A stretch of DNA of 63,621 nucleotides, counting the filler, from Octopus bimaculoides (taxonomy: Eukaryota), in NCBI RefSeq assembly GCF_001194135.2. It is 7 parts of 6 records of this genome, joined end to end, with 100 filler letters (N's around TTAATTAATTAA, not from the genome) between each part and the next. Parts side by side here need not be neighbours in the genome. Positions count along the whole stretch, not along the records: positions 30,671 to 47,344 come from NC_069006.1; positions 47,445 to 49,615 come from NC_068995.1; positions 49,716 to 55,648 come from NC_068983.1; 4 more parts are not named here. One strand, written 5' to 3'. Positions within the stretch are counted from its first letter, which is position 1. Every line of letters starts with the position of its first letter. Below the pieces are notes generated by a model that did no database searches, had not been told where the DNA came from, and saw nothing but the letters and a program-made list of their open reading frames with translations. Below are positions 37,241-50,170 of this stretch, piece after piece. The translations under genes were made by a program, and so were the position numbers.

Positions 37241-40200
37241 TATCTATATGTGTGTGTATATATATACTTATATATATATATGAACATAGCTATGGAGGTC
37301 CAGTAGAGTAAAATAGGTATCAGAAAAGGGGCCATGGGCAAAAAAATAGTTGAGAACCACTGCTCTAAACCACTCAAGGGGATGCCCCAGCATGGCCACA
37401 GTCCAATGACTGAAACAAGTGAGACAGCAAAGATAAAAGTTATAATTATTTCCAGCAATATTTCTAATGCCTGAGCTCCTAAATATGTTAAGACTTGCAA
37501 AACTGCTGATGTTAGAATAAAAATAAGAAGTAAAAAAACTGGGACAGCATAACCAAGTTATTTAGAAGATTATATGTGGACAGTGATAATTTACTAAGTA
37601 TTGCTTTTAGTGTGTCTAGAATGTGTTGTTACTTAGATAAATATAACAAGTGAGATTAATAATAAGCACATGTTAAGCATATGGTTTTTGGGTTTGAGCT
37701 GGATGAGTGTGTAGTAGTTAGTAGTAGCAGCAAGTGTGGGAAATGTCTTCTGCTATAGCTGGTAGGTGGATGACCGATGACTTGTGAGTTCGATTCTCGT
37801 ACTGGGTCGTGTGTCATGTTCTTGAGCAAGATATTTTATTTCATGTTTGCTCCAGTTCACTCAGCTGGTGCCAAGTTGTATCAGCCTTTACCTTTCCCTT
37901 GGACAACACCGGTGGCTTGGAGAGGGGAGGCTTGTATGCATGGGTGGTTGCTGGTCTTCCATAAAAAACAACCTTGCCTGGACTTGTACTTTCTTTGGAG
38001 GGTAACTTTCTAGGTGCAATCCCATGGTTATTTATGACCGAGGAGGGGGGGGGTCTTTACTTTATATATCGTTCCTATTATGCAAAAGTGTTGTAAGTCC
38101 AAAATGTTGCTTTTTCAGAAAACCCAAAAATAGTTTCACCATTCCATAGCAAAACCATTGTTACTACAGTTTGACAAGTTTTGATATCTTGGAATCTGAA
38201 ATACACAGTTTCTGTGTGCCAAATCCACTCACAAGCTTTGGCTGACCTGAGCCTATATTAGAAGACAGTTGCCCAAGGTGTCACGCAGTGGAACTGAACC
38301 CAGAACTATGTGGTAGCATGAGGAAAAGTTGAGGTAAATTTTCTATGGCCAGATGCTCTTCCAGTTGCCAACCTTCACCTGTACGTATGTGTGTATGTTC
38401 GTACATAGTAAATTCCCTGTTGTATTTAGTTCCTAAAGGGAAGTAACTCTCTACAGCAAAGTAAACTTGGTTATTCAATAAATAAGACCATCCAGCTGTA
38501 GAAACCAAGCCTAATCAGACTAGAACTTGGTGCAGCTCTCCAGCTCTGGTCAAACTGTCCAACCCATGCCAACATGGAAAACGGACGTTAAAGGATGATG
38601 ATGATATATACATCTATGTGTGTCTTCATCTGTGTTTCTTCCTCACCAGCACTTGACAAACAGTAATGGTTTATTTACATCCCTGTAACTTAGCGGCTTG
38701 GCAAAAGGCACTGACAGAATAAATACCAAGCTTAAAAATTCTTTTATTGTTTCAAATAATTTGACTTAGCCCAGGCTGGGGCAGTGCCTTGGAAAATTTA
38801 ATAATTGTTGCTTTATTTGTTATTAATGTTTTTTCCACCACTTTGTTTCAAAACTCCAAAACACATAACATGGTACCTCCAAACACACGATGTCTTGGGC
38901 AACTGTCTGAGTTGCAAGTACCTTCAGATGGTCCTGTATACAATACCAACCACAACTCAGTCTTGCCCTGCCCTACTGGTATTATTCAGAGACAATCAAA
39001 AGCAAGACACATCTGGTATCAAGTCGAAACATAGAATTGGGTAAAAAAAGAAAAAAACCTACAGAATTATGGAAATGCACACACGCACACACATACGTAT
39101 ATACATCCTCATATATATATATAAATATATACACATGTTGTCTAAACAGTTGTACTCTCGTATATAGACACACACATTCACACCCACACAATCAGACTGA
39201 CATACAAACAGAAATTTAGGAAGATAAAACTGATGTTAGAAAGTAAGAATTGCTCTCTTTCCCTCTAAATCACTCTTCATATATACATCCCACTTTCTCC
39301 CTTATATATATATATGTGTGTGTGTAAAGTGTTAGGTGTGATGTACAGAATTAAATATTGAAAAAAAAAGTCGTCAGAATTTTGGAATAACTTCTTTCAT
39401 TTATTTTATACATATATTAGCGCTTTCGAACTTGTCAAATATAATTCTGTGAGAATACAGAGATCTTGCTTATTTATATAAAACAGGTGTTTTTGGAGGT
39501 TTTGTTTATAACAGAACACTGTTTTGTTTTTTTGCTTTTTTGGGGTGAGGCTTTGGAGACAATGGAAGATGTATAAGCAGATAGATAGATAGACAGGCAG
39601 ATAGATAGATAGATAGATAGACTGATAGTCAGACAGATAGAGAGATGGATGTAGTAAAAGAGAGAGAGAAGGGCCATTGTATTGAAATGGTCTTTTTAAG
39701 GAGTGTCAAAAAAAAAAAAGGGTATATATATATATATGTATATATATGCACACACACACTGTATTTGATGGCATAATATATATACACGAGCATACTAGAC
39801 CCACCCCAATTTTAGCAGTGCATTTTCGAGAGTCTTTTGCGCAGCAGATGTTATTGTAAGGCACGAAATAAAGTTGCTCTTACCTCAAATTACAATTGGC
39901 GGCAATCCCTCCATGTTTAAGATCACGGGGGGGGNNNNNNNNNNCAATCCCTCCATGTTTAAGATCACGGGGGGGGGGGGACCAGCCAGACCTCACAGCT
40001 GCAATCATGTGTTGGCTCTCCCAACCACTTACTAGCAAGGACTACTACTCAACAACCACTCTCAGCACACTTGACCTTGCTACAGACCCCCTAAGCAGGA
40101 GGCCATCTTTAACCTGTTGCTTCCTGACATGACCTCATGTTGCCCCTCACTCTTCTGGTCCCTTCATGACATCACTCCCTCTCGCTTCCGGTCACTCACC

Positions 40201-40694
40201 CTACCTCCACAGTAAAACTTATGGGAGGCCCAACTTCGCATATAGGACCTGGGATGATTTTTTGAGACAAAAAGCATATCTAACAGGACATCAGATATGG
40301 TACACATTTTTTCACACACACACACACACATGCACCCTGTCTCTCTATGCAGGCATGGCTGTGTGGTAAGAAGTTTACTTCCTAACCACAAGTGTCTTCT
40401 ACTATAGCCTTAGCCCGACCAAAACCTTGTGAGTGGATTTGGTAGATGGAAACTGAAACAAGCCCATTGTATATATACATATATATATGTATGTGTGTGT
40501 TTGTTCCCCCTGCCATTGTTTGACAACCGATGCTGGTGTGTTTATGTCCTCGTAACTTAGCAGTTCAGCAAAAGGGTCCAATAGAATAAACACTAGGCTT
40601 ACAAAGAATAAATCTTTGACTAAAAACCCTTTAAGGCAGTGCTCCAGCATGGCCGCAGTCCAATGACTGAAACAAGTAAAAAAATATATTTTAC

Positions 40695-40883
40695 CTCTCG
40701 TTTAGATTTTTCCAGGAAATGTTTGTCGGTGAGTTTGTAACTGTATTTAAGGGCACACGGGGCATCGGAGGAGAAATATGGGTTGTGAACCATGTTGCAG
40801 TGCAGATGGGTCATTGTATAAACAGCTGCCTCCACACCAGAGTGACCATCATAAACAGCATAGTAGGACTGGCTAGGGTAACC
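40695..40883 (-). CDS. PPM1E: PPM1E-like internal exon (GYPSQSYYAVYDGHSGVEAA...FLEKSKRE)
   Basis: ttgttgcag|GGTTAC ... CGAGAG|gtaaaa; 189 nt, phase 0/0; DGHxG metal-binding motif. Confidence 0.95.
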
Positions 40884-41287
40884 CTGCAACAAATAATAAT
40901 ACAAGATCAGATGATGGTGGCGAGGANNNNNNNNNNNNNNNNNNNNNNNNNNNNNNNNNNNNNNNNNNNNNNNNNNNNNNNNNNNNNNNNNNNNNNNNNN
41001 NNNNNNNNNNNNNNNNNNNNNNNNNNNNNNNNNNNNNNNNNNNNNNNNNNNNNNNNNNNNNNNNNNNNNNNNNNNNNNNNNNNNNNNNNNNNNNNNNNNN
41101 NNNNNNNNNNNNNNNNNNNNNNNNNNNNNNNNNNNNNNNNNNNNNNNNNNNNNNNNNNNNNNNNNNNNNNNNNNNNNNNNNNNNNNNNNNNNNNNNNNNN
41201 NNNNNNNNNNNNNNNNNNNNNNNNNNNNNNNNNNNNNNNNNNNNNNNNNNNNNNNNNNNNNNNNNNNTGGTGGTGATGATGGGACGA

Positions 41288-41440
41288 TGGTGGTGAGGAT
41301 GGGACAGTGGTGGTGAGGATGGGACAGTGGTGGTGGTGATGGGACGATGGCGGTGAGGATGGGACAGTGGTGGTGATGATGGGACGATGGTGGTGAGGAT
41401 GGGACAGTGGTGGTGATGGGGACGATGGTGGTGAAGGGTA
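41288..41440. repeat. 20-bp intronic minisatellite (tggtgaggatgggacagtgg variants)
   Basis: About seven visible units running into a ~360-N gap inside a PPM1E intron. Confidence 0.85.
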
Positions 41441-41729
41441 CAATGGTGATGATAATCAAAATGGTGGTATTGACGACAATGTTGAAATGGTTATAATGAT
41501 GATGATGATGACAACAGTGACAATGATGACATTAATGATGATGAGAATAGTGGTGACGATGACATAAACAATGATGGTGAGGTTCATGATGATGATGATG
41601 ATGATGATGATAATTTTGATCATGATTATATTTTTGATCATGACTATATTTATGATGACAATGACGACAACGATGGTGACGTATGTAACAATAATAGACA
41701 GAATCAAAAAGAAATAACCATTTACGTAC

Positions 41730-41929
41730 TTTTAAGGCAAAAAGACTATTTAGATCAGGAAGAACGATGTGTCGGTCTTCCATCTTCCGCCGGAAGTTCC
41801 GAATAGCCGACACACTGACTCTATAATTACAATCAGGCACTTTGAATTTCGGTAAGCTGCCTTGCATCAGTAGGCAGACTTCGTGTACTTGGGCAATGAC
41901 TTCTTTGAGCAGAGCACGGGCATCAATTT
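41730..41929 (-). CDS. PPM1E: PPM1E-like internal exon (IDARALLKEV...SAIRNFRRKMEDRH...LFALK)
   Basis: tatttccag|AAATTGAT ... TTAAAA|gtacgt; 200 nt, phase 1 in and phase 0 out; AIRNxRRKMEDRH signature of PPM1E/F. Confidence 0.94.
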
Positions 41930-43559
41930 CTGGAAATATACGGAGAGAGAAATGAGGTTAGATTAGCTTCTGTTATGAAAAAAATAAGAACTGTCTTGAG
42001 TCCTAGGACTCATAGGGTCAGTCGTCTGGTTTCCATGGTGTGTAAAGTGACCAACATCACAACATTATGTGTGTGTGTGTGTGTTATTTCTTTAAAAACT
42101 AGTTTTATAGATACTTCTTTCAATATTCCTATTCTGTTTTTCACCTATTTTCTTTTTTGTTCCTTTTACCTGTTTAAGTAATTTGACTGTGGCCATGCTG
42201 GGGCACCGCATTGAAAGGTTTTTAGTCGAGGAAATCGACCTCAGGAATTATAATTTTTAAAGCCTAGTACTTATTCTATGTTACGGGGATGTAAACATAC
42301 CAACATTGGTTGTCAACACATAAATATATACATATACGTATATGACAGGCTTCTTTCAGTTTCTGTCTACCAAATACACTCACAAGGCTTTGGTCGGCTC
42401 GAGGCTATAGAAGACACTTGTCCAAGGTGCCATGAGGAGGGACTGAACCCAGAACCAAGTGGTTGGGAATTCTTCAAATACATACATCGAAAGCCACATT
42501 TTTTCATGAATCCTTTAAATACTACCGTAGATCCTCAATTTACTATTTACTCTGAGGGTGTCTTTGTGTCTGTGTTTATTCCCCATCACAATTTGACAAC
42601 CAGTGTTGGTGTGTTTATGTCCCACTAGCTTAGCAGTTCAGCAAAAGAAACCGATAAAATAAGTAGCAGGCCTTAGAAGAAAAAAAAAAATAGATATTGG
42701 GGTTAATTTTTTTCAGCTAAAGTTCTGCAAGGCAGTGCCCCAGCATGACCACAGTCTAATGACTCAAACAAGTAAAGAAATAAAAAAAAGTAGAGCAGTC
42801 ATACACACAGATATATGTATACATACCACTCAATATGTACATTACTATATATATACACACACACACACACACAGATACTATGTATGTATGTGTGTGTATG
42901 TATATACACATACACACACCTGGCCATATTTCAAAAACTTACAAAATACCTTCTTATCATAATTACAATTACTAATTGATTGAGACATGGGGTGTGTGTG
43001 TGTGTATGTATATTCTATTCCTACCTAGAGCTATATAAGTTAAGAACACCGTAATATAATTATATTAAAGCCAATAATATTTAATGATATACACATTATC
43101 TTAACTAACCAACTCAACATCTAAATTAACTTATAATTATGTTGCCCTTTGACATCTTTGGCATTTCACATACAGATATGAATTCTGAATTTACAATATA
43201 ACATCCATTCAACTTTTTGTTATCAATTCTCCCAATTATCAGCCATAATTTTAGCAGTTTTCATCGCCCATTTAATATTAATTAGGTTTACACGGTGGCA
43301 AACTGGCAGAACCGTTACCACACTGGGTGAAATGCTTAGCGGTATTCCGTCTGTCTTTACGTTCTGAGTCCAAATTCTGCTGGGGTTGACTTTGCCTTTC
43401 ATCCTTTTGGGGTCAATAAATTAAGAACCAGTTGCGTACTGGGATCGATCTAATCGACTGACCCCCTTCCTCCAAATTTCGGGCCTTGTGCCTAGAGTAG
43501 AAAAGAATATTATTAGTATTACCCTGCTACCACTGCTGATATACATACACATCTATCTG

Positions 43560-43708
43560 GGATCTTTTTTTAAAACGGGGGCCACATTTTTCATTAACGA
43601 AACACTTTGAAACTTGGAACACTGGTAGAATGTGTCATATAAAACATCTTTTTCTCTTAGTCTTCTTAAAAAAAAAAGAAATCCCTAAGTTATTCCATGT
43701 TAAAGTTG
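43560..43708. mobile_element. Second copy of the 51627 MITE family, opposite orientation, running into a gap
   Basis: Near-identical to the reverse complement of ~52040-52186. Confidence 0.85.
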
Positions 43709-45244
43709 NNNNNNNNNNNNNNNNNNNNNNNNNNNNNNNNNNNNNNNNNNNNNNNNNNNNNNNNNNNNNNNNNNNNNNNNNNNNNNNNNNNNNNNNNNNN
43801 NNNNNNNNNNNNNNNNNNNNNNNNNNNNNNNNNNNNNNNNNNNNNNNNNNNNNNNNNNNNNNNNNNNNNNNNNNNNNNNNNNNNNNNNNNNNNNNNNNNN
43901 NNNNNNNNNNNNNNNNNNNNNNNNNNNNNNNNNNNNNNNNNNNNNNNNNNNNNNNNNNNNNNNNNNNNNNNNNNNNNNNNNNNNNNNNNNNNNNNNNNNN
44001 NNNNNNNNNNNNNNNNNNNNNNNNNNNNNNNNNNNNNNNNNNNNNNNNNNNNNNNNNNNNNNNNNNNNNNNNNNNNNNNNNNNNNNNNNNNNNNNNNNNN
44101 NNNNNNNNNNNNNNNNNNNNNNNNNNNNNNNNNNNNNNNNNNNNNNNNNNNNNNNNNNNNNNNNNNNNNNNNNNNNNNNNNNNNNNNNNNNNNNNNNNNN
44201 NNNNNNNNNNNNNNNNNNNNNNNNNNNNNNNNNNNNNNNNNNNNNNNNNNNNNNNNNNNNNNNNNNNNNNNNNNNNNNNNNNNNNNNNNNNNNNNNNNNN
44301 NNNNNNNNNNNNNNNNNNNNNNNNNNNNNNNNNNNNNNNNNNNNNNNNNNNNNNNNNNNNNNNNNNNNNNNNNNNNNNNNNNNNNNNNNNNNNNNNNNNN
44401 NNNNNNNNNNNNNNNNNNNNNNNNNNNNNNNNNNNNNNNNNNNNNNNNNNNNNNNNNNNNNNNNNNNNNNNNNNNNNNNNNNNNNNNNNNNNNNNNNNNN
44501 NNNNNNNNNNNNNNNNNNNNNNNNNNNNNNNNNNNNNNNAAAAGTCAAAATATATGGCACAAAGGAGGAGGAGGAAGAAGAGGGAGGAGGAGGAAGAAGA
44601 ATGAAGACGAAGAAGTGGGGAGGAAGAAATAATGGAGGAAGACGAAGAAAGTGTGGGAGGAGGAAGGGGAAGAGAGGAAGGAGTAATGGAACCAGATGAA
44701 GAAGAAGAGGAGGCAGAAGAAGAAGAAGAAGAAGAAAAGACTGGTTAAGCTGAGACTTTTTATCACAATGAATCAGTGAAGCGGAAATCCCATCCTCCCC
44801 AGACTGTGTGAAATATCCAGCTGTTGTTTCTAATATGGATTAGGCTTAGGTAGGGAGTGGGTGTGGGGGGTTGTGGTGGTGTTGGTGGTTGTGCTGGTGT
44901 TGTTAGTGGCAGAGTCATTAGCATGCTGTGCTAAAATGCTTAGTGGTCTTTAGGTTCTGGGTTCAAAGCCTGGCAAGGTTGACTTTGTTTTTTTTCATCT
45001 TTTCGGGGTCGATAACATCGGTATCTGTCGAGCACTGGGGACGATGTAATCGGCTTACCCACTCCCACAACCCATATTTATTTTCTAAGTTGGAAAATGC
45101 TTAGTGGCTTTCCGTCTGTCTTTAGGTCGTGAGTTCAAAGTCTGCCGAAGTCGACTTTGCCTTTCATCCTTTTAGGGTCAATGTAATTAACTGACCTTCT
45201 CCACCGCCTGAAATTGTTGGCCTTTTTCAAAAATGTGAAACCAT

Positions 45245-45745
45245 GGGCTGGGTAGTTTCACAGGGTCTGGTGTCGTTGAATCATCATCCGTGAGTTATCA
45301 GAGGATGGGCAGATTGGTTATGGTTCGGCTCAGTCCATTATCACTGAAGATTCAGGTATGAGACGCATGTCTGCCGAGTTTGAGCCAAAACTGCTTTCAG
45401 CTGACCAAAAAGACACTTGGGTTGCACAAGATCTCCTTAATTGTGTCGAGAACGATGAAAACTTTTTGAAAACTTTGTGCAGGCCTCTGAGCAGGTATCA
45501 CCAAGCTTTTGGCAAACTTTGATGCAAATTCTCTGCTCAACTTTCCCTGTCATGGTCAATGCGACGATCACACGCTACACACCCTCTGTCTATGCACTGC
45601 TGTAAACAGCGGAAGTGAACTAGAACATTAAAACTTAGTGTACATGCACAACAGAGTTCAAGGTCAATCTCTGCCAAGTGGCTTCGCTTTGCATGCTTTA
45701 AGTTCATTACTATGGCAACAGTCTGGATATTTATTGATCAGATCG
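45245..45745 (+). mobile_element. Deleted mariner element
   Basis: QSIITEDSGMRRMSAEFEPKLLSADQK...ENDENFLKTL followed by terminal gtctggatatttattgatcagatc. Confidence 0.65.
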
Positions 45746-45760
45746 CGCGCGTGTGTATAT

Positions 45761-45975
45761 ATATGCTTTATTTAAAAGCAGCAGAAATATAACAAAAAGC
45801 TGTTACTCAGAGTTTCACGTTTCCGTTCATCAGACAGTTGAACGGGAGTGAAACTCTGAGTAACAGCTTTTTGTTATATTTCTGCTGCTTTTAAATAAAG
45901 CATATTACTCTACCTCTGGTATTTGAATACTCTTTTTTCCACCTTGTTGCACATTTCATGTGCTTACTCCGGCAT
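45761..45975. repeat. Penelope-like repeat with perfect 58-bp inverted repeat
   Basis: 45761-45818 is the exact reverse complement of 45848-45905; 29-nt spacer; contains the hammerhead motif. Confidence 0.7.
45800..45837 (-). ncRNA. Minimal type I hammerhead ribozyme, canonical core
   Basis: Minus strand reads CTGT-CTGATGA-ACG(GAAA)CGT-GAAA-CTC(T)GAG-TA-ACAG: stem I CTGT/ACAG, 3-bp stem II, stem III ACTC/GAGT with 1-nt loop, GUA cleavage triplet. Confidence 0.75.
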
Positions 45976-47043
45976 ATATATATATATATATGACAGGCTT
46001 TTTTCAGTTTCTGTTTACCAAATTCACTGACAAGGCTTAGTCGGCCCAAGGCTATAGTTGAAGACACTTGCCCGAGGTGCCACTGAACCCAGAACCATGT
46101 AGTTGGGAAGCAAGCTTCTTACCACACAGCTATGCCCACAGCTATAACTGAAAACTGAAGAAATTCAGATGAACATACTCCTAAACACACATATTTACAT
46201 GCCTATAAAACACACACACACACACACACACATGCAGGCACGCATGCAGACAGAATCAGATGAAGTAAACAGGAAGCTATCACTTCAATCAGTCCTTCCT
46301 GTCTTGCTTACAGGATGTGAACTATAGGGAGCGGAGGTCATTTTGTTTACATATTTGCTGACCCCCCCCNNNNNNNNNNNNNNNNNNNNNNNNNNNNNNN
46401 CCCCCCACCTCTTCCCGGCATACCTCGCTAAATAATATCATTGTGGTTGTTTAACCCCAGGCCAGCTCCGATTCAGCTGACCTTATGAGGATCGATGAAG
46501 GTTTTAGTTTTTTGATCATCCACAGTTGTCTTGTCCTACCTGCCAACCAGGTACTTGCATTCAGACTACTTTCTCTTTCTTTCTGTCTGTCTGTCTCTCT
46601 CTCTCACCCCTCTCTCTCTCTCACCCCCCCTCTCTCTCTCTCTCACACACACTCTCTCTCTCTCTCTCTNNNNNNNNNNNNNNNNNNNNNNNNNNNNNNN
46701 NNNNNNNNNNNNNNNNNNNNNNNNNNNNNNNNNNNNNNTTAAAAAATATTACTTTTCCGTCTCCTATGAGTTTGATTGAAATTAGCCTGGAGCTTAACAA
46801 CCAGCCCCAATTTATTGAGTCCTGCACTATTAGAGGGGCCATAGGCAAAAATGAACCCCGATGAATCTCTCCCGGTGGAATTTGAGACAAAGAGAAGAAA
46901 AGGAAAAAACAAAAAACAAACGAGGAAAATAAAGATAAAATTTAAAAAATATGAATTATTTGATCTGTTGTTTAACTGTTACAGCCACACCTCCTCTACC
47001 TCCTCCTCTTCCTCTAAAAACTATAACAATAGCATCATCAATG

Positions 47044-47074
<31 letters not shown>

Positions 47075-47444
47075 CGACGACAGCGATACTACCACCACAG
47101 TCATCATCTGTAGTAGCACTACCACCACCACCACTACCATCATCATCATCATCATCGACAGTAACAGCAGCACTACCAACATGCGAACACCACAACCGGC
47201 CAAGAGCATTACCACCACTACACACACCGCAACTACCAAAACAACCATCACCACCAACACTACCACCAGCACTGCTACCATTGCCACCACCACCACTACC
47301 AATATAAACACCGCAACCACCACCACCGCCACAATCAAATCATCNNNNNNNNNNNNNNNNNNNNNNNNNNNNNNNNNNNNNNNNNNNNTTAATTAATTAA
47401 NNNNNNNNNNNNNNNNNNNNNNNNNNNNNNNNNNNNNNNNNNNN

Positions 47445-47475
<31 letters not shown>

Positions 47476-47477
47476 TA

Positions 47478-47533
<56 letters not shown>

Positions 47534-47569
47534 GTAATATATATATGTAATATACACATATAATCACAC

Positions 47570-48050
47570 ACCCTCCCGTACTTCCCGTATCTAGAAGTTT
47601 CGAGGCGGGTTAAAAGTTCCCCGTGACGTAGTATCCTAACATTTCCCGACCACCATTCCGCAACCTTATTAGCTTCTTAGGTCTCTCTCTCTTTCTTATC
47701 AACTTTTATTTACATTGACATATTACATGTAAACGAAATGATTGCGCTGGTTCATTTGTTTCATAATACAAGAAAAGAAAACACAGAAATACATAGCGAA
47801 TCAACATGGCGGATATCTCAGTGAGTTAGTTTTTCGTCTTTGATAACGCTGAAGCCTCTACAAAGTAGGTAGACTTGCGAGAAATAACAGTCGATCAACT
47901 CTAAAACACATACTACGCTGCCTTTAGTAAAGGAAGGGAACATTGGACATTGTTGCCGTAAATATATGAAAAGACAAGATAGACATCGCTTGAACGTCTT
48001 TATATCGTGGATCTTCTCAGCCACGGCTAACTCGGTCTGTGTCACCATGC
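47570..48050. promoter_or_regulatory. CpG-rich promoter-like segment with YY1/initiator-like aacATGGCGG
   Basis: Unique CpG-retaining sequence at the edge of the CpG-poor PPM1E gene body; aacATGGCGG at 47803-47812 followed by TCA|GTGAGT; TGACGT at ~47624. Confidence 0.35.
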
Positions 48051-50170
48051 AACTATGTGTGTAAACATATATATGTACATATATGTGTGTGAGTGTGTGT
48101 GTGTGTGTGAGTGCGTGCGTGTGTGTGTGTGTGTGTGTGTGCTTATAGTGAAAACAGAGAAATGGGTTATCTGGTACTGTTACAATTGTTTCATTAAGAT
48201 TCGTTATTGTGACATAAACATGGTACAGTTAGGTATGTAGTATGTACTGCATCTATAAGAATATGTGATACGTTAAGCGTCTCTCAACTCATCAGGTTCA
48301 CCAAATGTACAAGCGAGCAGTGATATGCTGATGAAACAATAGATTAACCAGTGAAACTTCCAGTCAGAATTACCAACACTTAGGAAATGGAAAGTAGATT
48401 GGACTGAAACCAGCGAATTACGAGACTGGATAGCAAATGAGTTCCTAAACTATAGTTAAAAGGTATATGTATTATAAAGATGTCATTAAACTTAGCGACA
48501 TCACTCATAAAATATGATATTGGCAAAACAGGCTTATATACCAGCAGATTAAAGGTGCCAAGCATGGCATATGACTCTAGCAAACGTATTAGAAGACAGT
48601 TGCCGACGTTGTACTTGATAAAAAAAGATGTCAGCATTTGCTGTGTTATATTGTTTGGTAAATTAAAGGAGTGATATGGTTAATCATTTCAAGCGTTACT
48701 TATGCATTTTCGTAATTTCTCTTGATTAAGGTGTTCCGATTAATTATTGCAGAGCTAATAGAGTGTTTGTCGTAATTAAGGGAGATCTAGCTAATTATTA
48801 TTCAAGGAAAATGATTAAAGGAAAAACGTAGAAAATAGCGAAGGACTTTGCGAAGTTTCAGAGGAGAGGGAGGGAAAGGAAAGGCGAGGAAAGAAAAAAG
48901 AAAAGAAAAATAATTAATATACCGAGAGAGAGAGAGAGAGAGAGAGAAATAATCACATTGCCAGCAATAATAACCTATAAGTACTTAAATAGAAGAGGAT
49001 AGGATAAATCTAATGGAGGAAATGAACGACACTCTTGTGGTGGAAAGACGAGGTGGGTACAGACAAACAAATAATGTATATATTTGAGTAATGAAAAGTA
49101 GTTTATACAATAAACGGTGTGTTAAGGATAATACATGGTGTTTAACCGGTCGCCTCACTGTACATCATTCTCTTTTCCATGGGTGCGTTCTCGCTTGGGT
49201 TTTTGTCTGACGGACTGTTGGTTCTGCCGATTGTTATAATATAATTCTTATAATTCTTATGATTTTTATCATCAAGTACTCAAGGACCAAATTACAATTA
49301 CAGTTATAGTTACAACACCGTGTCAAAATTACGGATCTAAATTTATGTTAGCTAAATATCGAAATTTAGAAATCATTTATATAGCTGATATGAAGTTACA
49401 AGTCGAAAGGCTAGAATTAACAGAAAAGGGAAAACAGAGCCGATATCGCCTCCACCCAACACACACACACACACACACACACATAGAGAGAGAGAGAAGT
49501 AGACAAACAGAGAGTAGGAGAGGTAGAGAGAGAGATACTCTTCAAATGGTCAAATTTGTATGTAATTTTGAGCAGCTTAAGGGACAAAATATACATACAT
49601 ATAAACATTCGTATANNNNNNNNNNNNNNNNNNNNNNNNNNNNNNNNNNNNNNNNNNNNTTAATTAATTAANNNNNNNNNNNNNNNNNNNNNNNNNNNNN
49701 NNNNNNNNNNNNNNNTATATCTATACATATACATATTTGTATGTATATTCTTTAAGTTCATTTACAGGAACTGTTTTGAATATACATATAAAAGCCCCTA
49801 TTTAGCTATGTTGGCTACAGCCTAATGATACAAACTGGCAATACCTGCTTTTGGGGGTTGCACTAAGGTGTGTCAATATAATGTAGGGTAAATATAGTAA
49901 TAATTAATCATGGATAGAATTTATAAATATTTTAATGAATTGTTTCCACATATCATATGTTTCTTACGATCGTACGTTTATTTCTTTGGGTGAAGAAATG
50001 AATGCGTGAACATAGTCCACCCAATGTCCATGGATACTACACACATCATGTATTACTATTTAGTATCAGTTTTCACAACTTGTTGGAAGTGAGTCGCTTC
50101 CGGTTTTTATCTGGGATCGTGGTTGTTTTGTTTTCAGAAAAAGGGGTGAGGTCCCTTTTTGTGTCCGTCT

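Noticed and set aside
48265-48305. Minus-strand CTGATGA followed by a 6-bp hairpin
   Set aside because: No GAAA, stem III or stem I partner; not a hammerhead.
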